NCBI GenBank assembly: GCA_030867685.1
Contig: JAQOWU010000008.1
Span: 372,001-436,000 of the forward strand
Reading direction: 5' to 3'
Source of the DNA: Wickerhamiella versatilis
Taxonomy: Eukaryota
Length of the DNA: 64,000 nt
Shown here in pieces: positions 32,439 through 42,830 of this stretch. Positions within the stretch are counted from its first letter, which is position 1. Every line of letters begins with the position of its first letter. The notes under the pieces are model-generated. The model saw only the letters and a list, made by a program, of their open reading frames with translations. It was not told where the DNA came from and searched no databases. A program made the position numbers and the translations under genes.

Positions 32439-33053
32439 CTACGAATTTATCCAGGATGTCATTTGCCGTGCGCCAATACGTGAAGCAAATTTCAATGACT
32501 GCGTTCCCATCGGGAAATAAGATACTGTATACCACAATGCAGCGATAAGCTGCATGATTACAGCTATAAGTGTCAAAATTGCCGATCGAAATCCGAGACT
32601 GAATATTAATGTTAATATGATAGAGCCGAAGTACATTATGGTAAATAGCAGGCGCCCAGGGCTAATCAGATGCATAGCATAGTTAACTGGCCCTTGCAAG
32701 ACACCGAAGCTGATAACAAATAATATCGATGCCAGGGACCAAATTGTGGCAAACTTTCGGGGCTTGACCGCAAGCACTGGGAAGAGAGCAAAACATAGAA
32801 CAAAGAAAAGCACTGATGCAGTTAAACAAGCCCCAAATACCAGGATCCGGTCCCATCGTGAGAGCGTAAACCAGGCAGGCTCCTCTATGGGTTCATCTTC
32901 AGGCCGTTCAGTGAGAGGTAGACGCAACCGACTTTGTTGAAATGGGCTGATACTGCTCAAAAATCCACCTGTGTCATTTGCGACACTTCGCGAGAGCTCA
33001 CTCGCACTATTTCTCCACGACGAGAGTTGCTCTCGAAACACATTTTCTGGCAT
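32439..33053 (-). CDS. SFT2: Golgi tetraspan vesicle-transport protein Sft2
   Basis: LSRWDR...F, KPRKFA..WSL.S, SYFPMG...L, four TM helices. Confidence 0.9.
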   Translation of the reverse strand: MPENVFREQLSSWRNSASELSRSVANDTGGFLSSISPFQQSRLRLPLTERPEDEPIEEPAWFTLSRWDRILVFGACLTASVLFFVLCFALFPVLAVKPRKFATIWSLASILFVISFGVLQGPVNYAMHLISPGRLLFTIMYFGSIILTLIFSLGFRSAILTLIAVIMQLIAALWYTVSYFPMGTQSLKFASRIGARQMTSWINS

Positions 33054-33105
33054 GTGTCAGCTAATCTAAAGAATCTCAGTAAACATATATATGTACATAG
33101 GCAAT

Positions 33106-33531
33106 CTATAGGTCAGGCATTTGCATAACATTGTCATGAGGTCGCTGAGCAATGGCCTTGCGCAACTTCTGCATGACAGGCAGCTTCTCAATATCTTCTG
33201 GACATGGCAAGACCGCGCCCTCGGTCTCGGTAGCCCAATAATATAAATCCCAGTCATTGCAATCCATAAGTCTTTCCAATTGATCAAGTTCAGACCTTGT
33301 CATTGTTGGGATATGTTCTTTCGTGAAATTGCTCAAAATTAAGCATGTCTCAAGTATACCGCGCTTCCGGGACTGGTAGAAAAGACGTGCTCGTTTTACT
33401 TCGGTATCCTCATTCTCCCTTCTTTTTGGTTCCAAGTTAACATTGACTGTGATAGGACCTTGCTTGGGTACTGTCGAATAACTAAACTTTGGTGCGAACC
33501 TAGCACTGCGACCTCTCAACAGTCGAAGCAT
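33106..33531 (-). CDS. SDH5: Succinate dehydrogenase assembly factor 2 (flavinylation factor)
   Basis: KRARL.YQSRKRGILET.L.LS.F, NDWDLYYWAT. Confidence 0.93.
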   Translation of the reverse strand: MLRLLRGRSARFAPKFSYSTVPKQGPITVNVNLEPKRRENEDTEVKRARLFYQSRKRGILETCLILSNFTKEHIPTMTRSELDQLERLMDCNDWDLYYWATETEGAVLPCPEDIEKLPVMQKLRKAIAQRPHDNVMQMPDL

Positions 33532-34092
33532 AGCCCGTGGCGAAAAATCTGAATAAGCAGCAGCGACAGCGATGTTTAACTGCGAACTTAGAAGTCACAG
33601 GAATGAATTTTGGTTGGCAGATGTAGCATAAAAAGACACATGTCATTGATTTTGGTCACAGTCCCTTTAGGTATTTGTACTGACAGCCTATATCGTACTT
33701 TCAATTTCACATTTTTTGACTAATTTCGATTTAACCTACAGCTTATGCTGCTAGTGTTAAGACACCCTTCACGAAGCCTTTATTCTGCAATTGCTGATTA
33801 TAGCGTTTTGTCGTAGATCCCTATTTTAGTCTAATCAGGATCGATTCGTAATTGGAAACACCAAATGTCAGTTTACCCTCTCCGTAGTATACTGACAAGT
33901 TAGAGTCTCGTATAATTCCAAGCCCTTAAACTGCATCCACCATTTATCTTTTAATTATGGCTACTCGTATACGTATTTTATATACAGGCTTCGAACTCGA
34001 TTTGTGTGGGTCGCGTTCCGAAAACCAGCCACCCTAGTGAAGGCTTACTTGAGAATATACATTTGGCGTCGAACAAGTTTTGCTAAGCACCT

Positions 34093-35205
34093 ATGGAGTC
34101 TGAGGATAGTGAGTCCTCCAGAAATAGTAGCATATGGTCGCAGATGCCCACGCCTGAGTTGAGCACCGCTGCTGCAGTGCCAGTGGCTCGCACTGATGCT
34201 GCTAAGCAAGTCCAGATACAGCGGGTCAGAGATTCCATTACGGAGATGAGCAATATACTTTCTGAGCTTCGTGCTATGCGAGAGCAGCAATGGTCTCCCC
34301 TTGCACAAAGTGATATGCCCGAATCGCCTGCAGTAACAGCCGATGAGACGGTATACCTAGACGCATATGAACAACCGCCACAAAGTGAGGATGCTGGGAG
34401 CTCAAAACACAATAGACGAGCATCATATAGTGCCCGGAGTACTAGTGGCCACCCGGAGAGAAAGCATAGGCAGACATTATCTGCCTCGACTGGCACTAGT
34501 CTTGATAAACCATTCCGTCCCCGTCCGTCTACCGAATTCGAGCGTAGATTCGCTCATAACGTGTCATCTCTACCAGAATCCTCGAAATCAACATCTCAAC
34601 CACCGCTTCCTGTCTCAGCACCACCGCCATTCTCGTCGCGCATCACACCTCGAGTGCAAGCACAATCAACATCGATGGACAGACCAGAGGCAGAAGATAT
34701 ATCTAAAAATGCAAAGGAAAAAATCTTAGCCAGTGGATCTAATGCTGCGCGATCATCTGATGCGGGTCAGACTGCTGGGGGAGAGAGACAAATAGCCTCG
34801 GTACAGGAACAGCCACTGGCGGATAACAATCAAAAACCTAAACAAAGGCACAGGCACAGACACAAACATAAAAGTAGGGAACATCAGGGTCAGAACCTCT
34901 ACCAGGCAGATGCTCACAACCAGGGCCAGGATCCCGCTCAGAAACCCGACGCTAATGTTAGGACGAAAACAGCAGACAAGACACGTCGATCATTTGCCAA
35001 AACGAGCATTGAATCACTTCTTGCACATAGCCCGGCATATGAATTGGAGGAGATTGATTTACCGGCACCTGAACGTCGTTTAATGGAAAAGTTCATTGAC
35101 TCCCTCAGTAAACTGAGTATTGAGGTGCAAATGGATGAAGCGAAACGGAAAGAAGGCCGAAGAAGACTTAACAATGCACTTCGTGCCCTTGAAGGTTGGA
35201 TTTAA
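34093..35205 (+). CDS. Disordered protein with Nba1-like conserved C-terminal helical motif
   Basis: C-terminal LP..E.RLMEKFIDSLSKL...EG.RRLNNALRALEGW resembles the yeast Nba1 C-terminus as I recall it (unverified). The remainder is low complexity. Confidence 0.55.
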   Translation: MESEDSESSRNSSIWSQMPTPELSTAAAVPVARTDAAKQVQIQRVRDSITEMSNILSELRAMREQQWSPLAQSDMPESPAVTADETVYLDAYEQPPQSEDAGSSKHNRRASYSARSTSGHPERKHRQTLSASTGTSLDKPFRPRPSTEFERRFAHNVSSLPESSKSTSQPPLPVSAPPPFSSRITPRVQAQSTSMDRPEAEDISKNAKEKILASGSNAARSSDAGQTAGGERQIASVQEQPLADNNQKPKQRHRHRHKHKSREHQGQNLYQADAHNQGQDPAQKPDANVRTKTADKTRRSFAKTSIESLLAHSPAYELEEIDLPAPERRLMEKFIDSLSKLSIEVQMDEAKRKEGRRRLNNALRALEGWI

Positions 35206-35295
35206 TCTTTACTTATTATGGAAATATTTAATTAATTTTTATTTAGCCTCTCATTATTTACCCATGAAATAGTCGACGATTGGACGTCACTACTT

Positions 35296-36951
35296 TCAAT
35301 CAAGACTAGTTGGAGCAGATTCATTATCAATGCCAGTGCTGGCTTCTTCTTGTTTAAAGGATTCTGCTTGATTTTCTTCTTCGGGCTCCCCAACTTTTTC
35401 CTGCGTAACTTCCGGAGTGGATGCGTCAGATTCATCCAATTCCACACTCTTGTCTTCAGGATCTATAAAATTAAAGTAGCCATCATCAGATACAATATTT
35501 CCAACCCTACCTTCAGATATTGGAAATTCATTGAAAGGGAGCTTGGGATCTCTCTTGGCCATATCGTGTTTAAAAGGCCAATTGAGCTTAGCGCTTAGCA
35601 ACTCCACCACATCATCACAACTCCCAAAGAAGCACATTTCAAAGGTACAATGCAATGCTGGGGTGCGCGAGATATACAATTGTGGGGCCTCAGGGTCAAT
35701 TACTTTGACAACTTCGCTTACAGGCGCAACTTTAAGCGACGTACCCATACATATCAATAGGTCACAATTTGCGGCATCTCTTTCCTCAAAAAGCATTTGT
35801 TCAAATCTCTTAGGAAGGCCTTCGCCAAAAAAAGTTATATCTGGCTTTATCACACCAAAGCTGGCATCATCAAATTCATCATCGTTCTTTGGTGGCTTGC
35901 AGAGAGGACATCGTGGTATCTTACCCTCACGAATATCATCGAATATTGACGAGCCTGTTACTTCCCTGCCACATGTAATACAATGTGCTGTGCCAAAGGA
36001 CCCATGGCATTGCACTATCTTGTCACTATGAATACCCGCCGAGTGCTCAAGGTTGTCAATGTTTTGAGTATAATTGCGAAGAAGTTTTCCCCTATCCTGA
36101 AGCATCTTTATAAAATGATGGGCTGGGCTGAACCGCTTCTGATCTGGTAATAGTTTTCGAGCCACAGAGTAAAATATTGATGGGTCATCTCGAAAGAGTC
36201 GGATATCAAAGACCTCCTGAGGATCCGATAATCCAAGATAAGAAAGCTGGGCATATAATCCATCATCAGACCTAAAATCAGGAATACCAAGACTGGTGGA
36301 TATTCCCGCCCCGGTCAAGACCACAATGTTAGATGCACGTTCAATAGCCTCAGCTAATTCATCAAGAGTACGAGGTGATGGAAGTCGTTGGCGTTTGCTC
36401 GAGACATGACGCATAGCTATCTGAAGACCTAATTCAAGTAGCTGTGTTGAAAACCTGTCTAAAATCTCCAGAGGAAGAGGAAAGCCCAAAGCCGACATCA
36501 ACTCAGGTGCAGAGTACATCTGTGATTCCAGTCTATATTTATTCAACCAAAATAGCGCTCCCCCGCTGAACAGATCTCTCCGAATATCCCGCGCTATTTC
36601 GTCTGGTAACGTTACTAAAGGTCTTCCTACTGGATCAGAATTTCCCTGGTAGTCAATACTTTTTTCCAACTCATCAACGAGCATTTCCAGCTCTAGCTCT
36701 ACGATATTTTCTTCATCAGACTCTGGAATCTCATCAGAAGATCCGATTTCATCAGAGGAGACATTTTCAGCAGGCACATCCTCTAGAACTGGTTCAATTG
36801 CATTCCCTTCTTCAGGCTCAGTAATGTCATTGGATTCTTGTGGGACCACACTGGATTCATTGGGCTGACCACTTATAGCCACATTTTCTTCAACCTGTAT
36901 ACTGTTGTGACTATCCAGACGGGGCCGTTTTGCGTCTCGTTCGTCGACCAT
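35296..36951 (-). CDS. SIR2: NAD-dependent histone deacetylase Sir2/Hst1
   Basis: GAGISTSLGIPDFRS, NYTQNIDNLE, QCHGSF, two CxxC, KPDITFFGE, GTSLKVAPVSE. Confidence 0.92.
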   Translation of the reverse strand: MVDERDAKRPRLDSHNSIQVEENVAISGQPNESSVVPQESNDITEPEEGNAIEPVLEDVPAENVSSDEIGSSDEIPESDEENIVELELEMLVDELEKSIDYQGNSDPVGRPLVTLPDEIARDIRRDLFSGGALFWLNKYRLESQMYSAPELMSALGFPLPLEILDRFSTQLLELGLQIAMRHVSSKRQRLPSPRTLDELAEAIERASNIVVLTGAGISTSLGIPDFRSDDGLYAQLSYLGLSDPQEVFDIRLFRDDPSIFYSVARKLLPDQKRFSPAHHFIKMLQDRGKLLRNYTQNIDNLEHSAGIHSDKIVQCHGSFGTAHCITCGREVTGSSIFDDIREGKIPRCPLCKPPKNDDEFDDASFGVIKPDITFFGEGLPKRFEQMLFEERDAANCDLLICMGTSLKVAPVSEVVKVIDPEAPQLYISRTPALHCTFEMCFFGSCDDVVELLSAKLNWPFKHDMAKRDPKLPFNEFPISEGRVGNIVSDDGYFNFIDPEDKSVELDESDASTPEVTQEKVGEPEEENQAESFKQEEASTGIDNESAPTSLD

Positions 36952-37089
36952 TAGATAAGAGAGAATCGTCAGTGTCTGGTAGGACTAAGATTTACGATAA
37001 AGGTGAAGTCTCTAAATGAGTGATATCCTAAGTTTCTAAAATACTAATATACCGGTTTAATGATTCAAAATAAATAAATAAGCCATCTG

Positions 37090-37542
37090 CTATTTATCGT
37101 CCCTATTAATTTTGTGTTTTTTTATTGGCAATTCAACCTCTCCTGGAGAGCTTGTATGGGATGATCCAATACCAGCCAAATTATTGCGACGAGGCAGACT
37201 ATCTGAAATTCCGTAAGAAGCACTTGAATGACGTTGCTTGTCCTTAACACCCCGCCGTAACGCCGCTGCAAATTCACTCACTGGAATCTCTTCATACTCA
37301 GCAGATGTTGGTTGCTCGGGTAAGTGTTCCTCTTTCAATGGACTGTCGCTAATAGTAGTTCTAGCCCCCAATTCAATAACCTTTTCCCTACGCGGTGGAC
37401 TCAACACTTCCGTAACGGTGGTGGGTCCCTCCGGTGCACTCTCGCCGGTGGAATTTTCAGTTTGTCCAAGTTCGATCTTTTTATCCAATGAAGGGCTCTG
37501 CTTCGCAACTGGCTTAATGCTAAAACCTATGCCGGTACCCAT
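37090..37542 (-). CDS. SPP2: Spp2-like spliceosomal G-patch cofactor (degenerate)
   Basis: EYEEIPVSEFAAALRRG resembles the Spp2 motif Y..VPVEEFG.A.LRGMGW, and RRNNLAGIGS resembles RP..LGIGA. ATG at 37542; the track start is TTG. Confidence 0.65.
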   Translation of the reverse strand: MGTGIGFSIKPVAKQSPSLDKKIELGQTENSTGESAPEGPTTVTEVLSPPRREKVIELGARTTISDSPLKEEHLPEQPTSAEYEEIPVSEFAAALRRGVKDKQRHSSASYGISDSLPRRNNLAGIGSSHTSSPGEVELPIKKHKINRDDK

Positions 37543-37593
37543 GCCATCCACGGATTCAACTTCTTGTGTGTACGTGCTTACTTGAGATAGTTT

Positions 37594-38499
37594 ATGCTCG
37601 CCCGACAACTAGCACGAGGGCACGTTGGGCTGAGAATATTACCTATCCGGTTATGCAGAGCTTCTCATACCCACCACAACCCATCTGAGAATACCTCTCG
37701 GGACGGGAAATCCCCAAATCCGCCCAAAGACACGCCAATACCACACAAAAAGTCGTGGCAACACCATTTAGACAACATTCTAATGAACGCAGTAACCTAC
37801 GTCAGAAAATTCCACGATATCACAGGATATAGCGAAATTGAGCGCTTAAAATCGGAAATATCTACGACAGAGAAATTGACTGCAGAAGCTAGAAGGCGTA
37901 TGAAAGACTGCCGAGACAATTACACGGATGCAGTAACAGCACGTACTGTGTCGCAGCGAGAAATGAATGAGCTTCTTCAGCGGAAGTCCCATTGGGATAC
38001 AAATGACCTTAATCGCTTCACCCAGCTTATTAGGGAAGACCATGCAATTGAGCAAAGGGTAGAGCTAACTAAAGTGGATTCAACACAGGCTGAAATACGA
38101 TTGGATGAGTTGCAAAGCTCACTTGGTCGTCTGATTGGTGCTAGGTATCGTGAGGAACAGATTTGGAGCGACAAAATCCGTCAGGCATCAACATGGGGCA
38201 CGTGGGTGCTAATGGGGATCAATCTTCTGCTCTTCATCGTGGTTCAACTAATATTTGAACCTTGGAAAAGGCGAAGGCTGGTTCGTTCATTTGAAGCGAA
38301 GGTTAGAGATATAGTTGACGAGATGCCAGCTCCCGAAGTTCAGGTGCTGCCCTCTCCACCCCAGCCCGCACCAGCATTGACGTTGCAAAACGAGGACATG
38401 AATTGGGAAAACCTCCAGTACCGTGTTCGGCCAGTTGAGCTAGCAGCTGTCGCAGCTTTTTGTTCACTATCCCTACTAATTTCCTTGGCTATGCGCTAG
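37594..38499 (+). CDS. SHE9: Mitochondrial inner-membrane coiled-coil protein She9/Mdm33
   Basis: TGYS.IE.LK, SQRE.NELLQRK..W...DL.RFT.L, RYREEQIWSDKIRQASTWGTW.LMG.N, EPWKRRRLV. Confidence 0.93.
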   Translation: MLARQLARGHVGLRILPIRLCRASHTHHNPSENTSRDGKSPNPPKDTPIPHKKSWQHHLDNILMNAVTYVRKFHDITGYSEIERLKSEISTTEKLTAEARRRMKDCRDNYTDAVTARTVSQREMNELLQRKSHWDTNDLNRFTQLIREDHAIEQRVELTKVDSTQAEIRLDELQSSLGRLIGARYREEQIWSDKIRQASTWGTWVLMGINLLLFIVVQLIFEPWKRRRLVRSFEAKVRDIVDEMPAPEVQVLPSPPQPAPALTLQNEDMNWENLQYRVRPVELAAVAAFCSLSLLISLAMR

Positions 38500-38552
38500 A
38501 TGTAGTTACGATTCCTGAAATGAACATGTTTGATTAGTAATTGAATCATACA

Positions 38553-38840
38553 ATGACATCCTTGTCGAAAAAGTCGTTGCCCAGGGTTCCGTTCCTTCGG
38601 GTGAAGGACACAAGGGTTGACGGAAAGCAAGGAACATGTGTAGTTGCGGTCACAAATCTACTTAATTGTTGGGCATCCTATGAAGAAGGAGCTGAGCCTT
38701 GCAAAGGTCTCGAGAACGAGCTAAAGGATTGCATGATGGTTAGTGCTAGCGCGAAGCGCCGCGGAAAGCCACAACGCCTTAACGTCAACTATCATCCAAA
38801 TCGACTTCTAAAGAAGATCAACCCACCACCGCACGACTAG
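38553..38840 (+). CDS. MRP10: Mitoribosomal small-subunit protein mS37 (twin CX9C)
   Basis: LPR.P.LRVK, CX9C..CX9C (CVVAVTNLLNCWAS...CKGLENELKDCM), NYH..RL. ATG at 38553. Confidence 0.85.
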   Translation: MTSLSKKSLPRVPFLRVKDTRVDGKQGTCVVAVTNLLNCWASYEEGAEPCKGLENELKDCMMVSASAKRRGKPQRLNVNYHPNRLLKKINPPPHD

Positions 38841-39185
38841 GATGTCTAAACTGTATATAGTGCCATGAATTTATAGATGTACCCAGCCCTTACAAAATTC
38901 TCCTATTCGACCATAGTTGGTTGTAGAAGGTGAGGAAAAAGTAATAAATTGGGTCAATATGACTCTAAAGGTTGATAGGCCACTTTTATGCTCGGGGCGG
39001 TTGGCGTGCAAAAAAGGACATGACAAATTATAATGCTTTATATATGCAATAAACAATTATTTACTCATGGTAACATTAAATCCTTTCGATCGGACTGTTA
39101 AACCGACCCGCAACCAGCAGGTTGGAATGTACTGAATGGGACAGGCTATGTTTTGCTGAGTAAACAGGTACACGGGCCTACTGTC

Positions 39186-42100
39186 ATGAGTGCTGGAGAT
39201 CCGTCGGTGGAGGCGGGCGTCCAGCGCATGATAAAGCGCGAACAGGAAATTTTAGACGGATTCCGGCGCATGCGGCAGTCAGCTCGAAACCCAACTGTGC
39301 GTGACCAGTGCGAGTCTCAGATTAGCGAAGCATCTCGCAACATAGCGTACTTGGAGGACCGGCTCCGCAAGCTAACGATACCCTCGAATGCTGAAGATGA
39401 TGGGAAACCACCAGATAAAGTTGGTAGACTTGATTTATTGCGGTTTGATGACCCCCACATGGGGGCACGGATCCAGGTGATGCTACCTCAACTTGAATAC
39501 AAGCTGAGCATCGAGCGTCAGTATTTGAAAGGCACTCAAAAATTAATGCGACTATATACTGCTAATGGTGATGGCGATAGCCGCGCTGAAGCTGAATCGA
39601 ATCTCGCTGACAGCCAGGCTAAGATTGCCCTTCTCACACGATCTTTGAAGCGATATTCAGACATGCATTTGGCCCAAATTGAAGACATAGATAAGGGTGT
39701 TGTTGACGATTCTGACACCGTGACTTCTCCTAATGTTCGCAGGCCTCTTAGTGGTACGTTACATGTAAGTATCGGGCGGGTCGAAAATGTCGACCATACG
39801 CTAAGCTGGAAGGGTGCACTTCCTGATGTGTGGGTTACTTGCAAAGTTGACTCGGCACCTGATTCTGGTGTACGCACTGCCCCAACTCGCTCTTCCCTAT
39901 TTAATGCTAGCTTCAGCCTTGAGGTTGATAAAGGCAATGAGGTTGAACTTGCTGTTTGGGACCAAGCCGTAGATGCGAGCGACTCAGAACACCCTGCATT
40001 AGTCGCTGTTATGTGGATTCGGCTCAGTGACTTAGCTGAGGCAATTCGACGAAAGCGAGTTCAGCGTGATATGGCAAGTGGATGGGCCTCTGCTGCTCAG
40101 GTCCAGGCCGCGGCATCCAAAGGTCACCATCCCATTAATACGGGCAGTATTCCTCCTGCTAGCCAAGCACAAAGTCATAATGCTCCTGCACCGCCGGCGT
40201 CATATGCAGGTACTTCTCAGAATTCGGTGATAAATGAAACCAGTGATCCTAAAGTCAGTGGCTGGTTTACACTAGAGCCTGCAGGTAAAATCTATTTAAC
40301 CCTTGGCTTTGACAAAGGGAGCAAAAGTAATCAAGGACAGCGACTGGATAGGCTTGGTCGCCATAATGCTATTCGAAAACACGAAGAGGTTTCGGAAGTG
40401 CACGGACATGAACTGGTTCATCGCCAGGCGTATAATATTGTGAAATGTTCAATTTGCGGGGACTTTACCACTTCACATTATCAGTGTACGGATTGCAAAC
40501 TGTCAGTGGATCGCAAATGTCTTGGTCGCATAGTTACGAAATGTATGGCACTCAAAGGTGGTGACCCCGATGAGGAGCTCAGGCACCGTATTCCTCATCA
40601 TCTTGAGGCAGCTACGAATCTTAAGGCCAATTGGTGTTCGCTATGTGGGTATATATTACCATTGGGCAAGAAGGCGGTGCGTAAGTGTTCTGAATGTAGT
40701 ATTCTGTGTCATGTCGGCTGTGCACCCTTCATGCCTAATATATGTGGTATGACTATGGAGATGGCCTCGCAAATTGTGTCGGAAATACAATCTACTCGGA
40801 TCCGGCAGGCTACGAAAGCTGCTGCGGCAGAATCAGCCTCGACGCTGGCATCGTCACAAGCTTCAACGCAATCCACAGTGGTCTCCAAACCTTCTTCGCA
40901 AACCCCTTCGGTTCAGAAGCCTCAAACACATCCACCAGTGCCTCCAACGCCAAGAAATGCGTCCCCTTATGGAGCTGCTTTTAATCCTCGACCTCCACCG
41001 CCTTCAGTTCCAGTCAAACAGCGCAAAGAACCCATTAGACGCAAAGAGGTGGGGTCTGCACCAGTGAACCCATCAGCTGCTGGCGCCTGGTGGTCCGCGC
41101 ATCCTGCTGGTAACTCGTCACCCGTGACTACTTCCTCTCAGTCGGATAATCAGGGTACCCCAGCATCGATACCGCCTCAACAGACTTCAGAGGTACATAG
41201 GAGATATGCCACTCCGGATATTCCAGAACCTGCTCAGGCCAGCACAAACATTTATCCTGAAATGGCCTTAGCCTCAAAGGTATCTGCTGATAACTCGCCT
41301 GCTATGCCCCCGGTTGAGTCCCTTTCCACTACCGTTACTGCCAGCAACGTATCTGTTGGCGCGGATAATCAGGTGCCAACTGTGCTTCACCAGGCGCACC
41401 ATAAATATTCACATTCCACTGCTTCTCGCTCGGCTCAGGCCCATGCAGTACCCCAGCCGAAACGTAAACGTCGTAAGGTTGGACTTGATGACTTTTCCTT
41501 CCTTGCAGTCCTCGGAAAAGGTAATTTTGGTAAGGTCATGCTCGCTGAAAGTAAGCATACTGGGCACCTATATGCCGTCAAAGTTCTGAAAAAGAGTTTC
41601 ATCATTGAAAATCGAGAGGTGGAGTCTACCCGCAGTGAAAAGAGGGTATTTCTCATTGCTAATCGTGAACATCATCCTTTCTTGGTCAATTTATTGGCAT
41701 GCTTCCAAACTGAGAACCGCATCTACTTTGTAATGGACTATATATCGGGAGGCGATTTAATGTATCATATCCAGAAGGATCTTTTCAGTCCCCGCCGTGC
41801 TCAGTTTTACGCTGCGGAGGTGCTCTTGGCGCTTAAGCACTTTCATGATAATGACGTTATATATCGTGACCTGAAGTTGGACAATATTCTCCTTACTCTG
41901 GATGGCCACATAAAGGTTGCCGACTATGGGCTATGCAAGGAGGATATGGGTTATGGTAAAACTACAGGAACTTTCTGTGGCACACCCGACTTCATTGCGC
42001 CGGAGATCCTGCTCGATCAGAAATATGACCGAAGTGTTGACTGGTGGGCACTAGGCGTCTTGATGTATCAAATGCTTCTCGGAAAATCTCCCTTCCACGG

Positions 42101-42476
42101 GTCCGACGAAGATGAAGTCTATGATGCTATTCTTAGCGATGAGCCGCTCTATCCTATTCATATGCCCCGCGATAGTGTTTCTATTCTCCAGCAATTGCTG
42201 TGTCGCGATCCACAGAAACGCTTAGGGAGTGGGCCTCGTGATGCTTTGGATATCATGGAACATCCGTACTTTGACAATATTGACTTTGATGCCCTAGTTA
42301 ACCTGCAGGTGGAGGCACCGTACAAGCCGGAGGTCGAATCTGCCACCGATGTACGCTACTTTGACCGAGAGTTCACAAGTGAAATGCCTGCGCTCACCCC
42401 AATGAACTCTGTACTTACCCCTGGAAACCAGGAGCAATTCCGTGGCTTTTCGTATGCGTCCAGTGAACAAATCTAA
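39186..42476 (+). CDS. PKC1: Protein kinase C
   Basis: Two HR1 repeats, C2 domain, pseudosubstrate (LGRHNAIR), two C1 domains, kinase LGKGNFGKV/YRDLKLDN/TFCGTP, AGC tail FRGFSY. ATG at 39186. Confidence 0.97.
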   Translation: MSAGDPSVEAGVQRMIKREQEILDGFRRMRQSARNPTVRDQCESQISEASRNIAYLEDRLRKLTIPSNAEDDGKPPDKVGRLDLLRFDDPHMGARIQVMLPQLEYKLSIERQYLKGTQKLMRLYTANGDGDSRAEAESNLADSQAKIALLTRSLKRYSDMHLAQIEDIDKGVVDDSDTVTSPNVRRPLSGTLHVSIGRVENVDHTLSWKGALPDVWVTCKVDSAPDSGVRTAPTRSSLFNASFSLEVDKGNEVELAVWDQAVDASDSEHPALVAVMWIRLSDLAEAIRRKRVQRDMASGWASAAQVQAAASKGHHPINTGSIPPASQAQSHNAPAPPASYAGTSQNSVINETSDPKVSGWFTLEPAGKIYLTLGFDKGSKSNQGQRLDRLGRHNAIRKHEEVSEVHGHELVHRQAYNIVKCSICGDFTTSHYQCTDCKLSVDRKCLGRIVTKCMALKGGDPDEELRHRIPHHLEAATNLKANWCSLCGYILPLGKKAVRKCSECSILCHVGCAPFMPNICGMTMEMASQIVSEIQSTRIRQATKAAAAESASTLASSQASTQSTVVSKPSSQTPSVQKPQTHPPVPPTPRNASPYGAAFNPRPPPPSVPVKQRKEPIRRKEVGSAPVNPSAAGAWWSAHPAGNSSPVTTSSQSDNQGTPASIPPQQTSEVHRRYATPDIPEPAQASTNIYPEMALASKVSADNSPAMPPVESLSTTVTASNVSVGADNQVPTVLHQAHHKYSHSTASRSAQAHAVPQPKRKRRKVGLDDFSFLAVLGKGNFGKVMLAESKHTGHLYAVKVLKKSFIIENREVESTRSEKRVFLIANREHHPFLVNLLACFQTENRIYFVMDYISGGDLMYHIQKDLFSPRRAQFYAAEVLLALKHFHDNDVIYRDLKLDNILLTLDGHIKVADYGLCKEDMGYGKTTGTFCGTPDFIAPEILLDQKYDRSVDWWALGVLMYQMLLGKSPFHGSDEDEVYDAILSDEPLYPIHMPRDSVSILQQLLCRDPQKRLGSGPRDALDIMEHPYFDNIDFDALVNLQVEAPYKPEVESATDVRYFDREFTSEMPALTPMNSVLTPGNQEQFRGFSYASSEQI

Positions 42477-42830
42477 GTCGTTATTATGCATTCTTTTTCC
42501 ATTATTTTTTTTTCTGCATTCATTCCTTCTTCTCACCCATGTTCTGACATAGTTCTGCGACATTTTGTTTTGCATCATTCGTTCACTAATTCTTCGATAC
42601 TAGTCTAGCATACGATAAACAGCTATTAGTTATGTGATTCAAAGATTCTAATTAGTTCGCCATAGCGATCGACTGTCGATCGTTGGTCCGTTGAACATAG
42701 CTGATTTGTAATTCGTTCTCCCCAATTCTACACGCTCATTTATACCCTAACCTCGTTGGGAGACTGTTGGGGGGGATCTGACAAAAACAGGTTATCTGGC
42801 TGGCTAAGTGAGCTGATCACATACATCAGC

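Noticed and set aside
37594-37608. Apparent head-to-head overlap of the SPP2-like ORF and SHE9
   Set aside because: It depends on a TTG start. The first ATG (37542) removes the overlap and leaves a 51-bp spacer.
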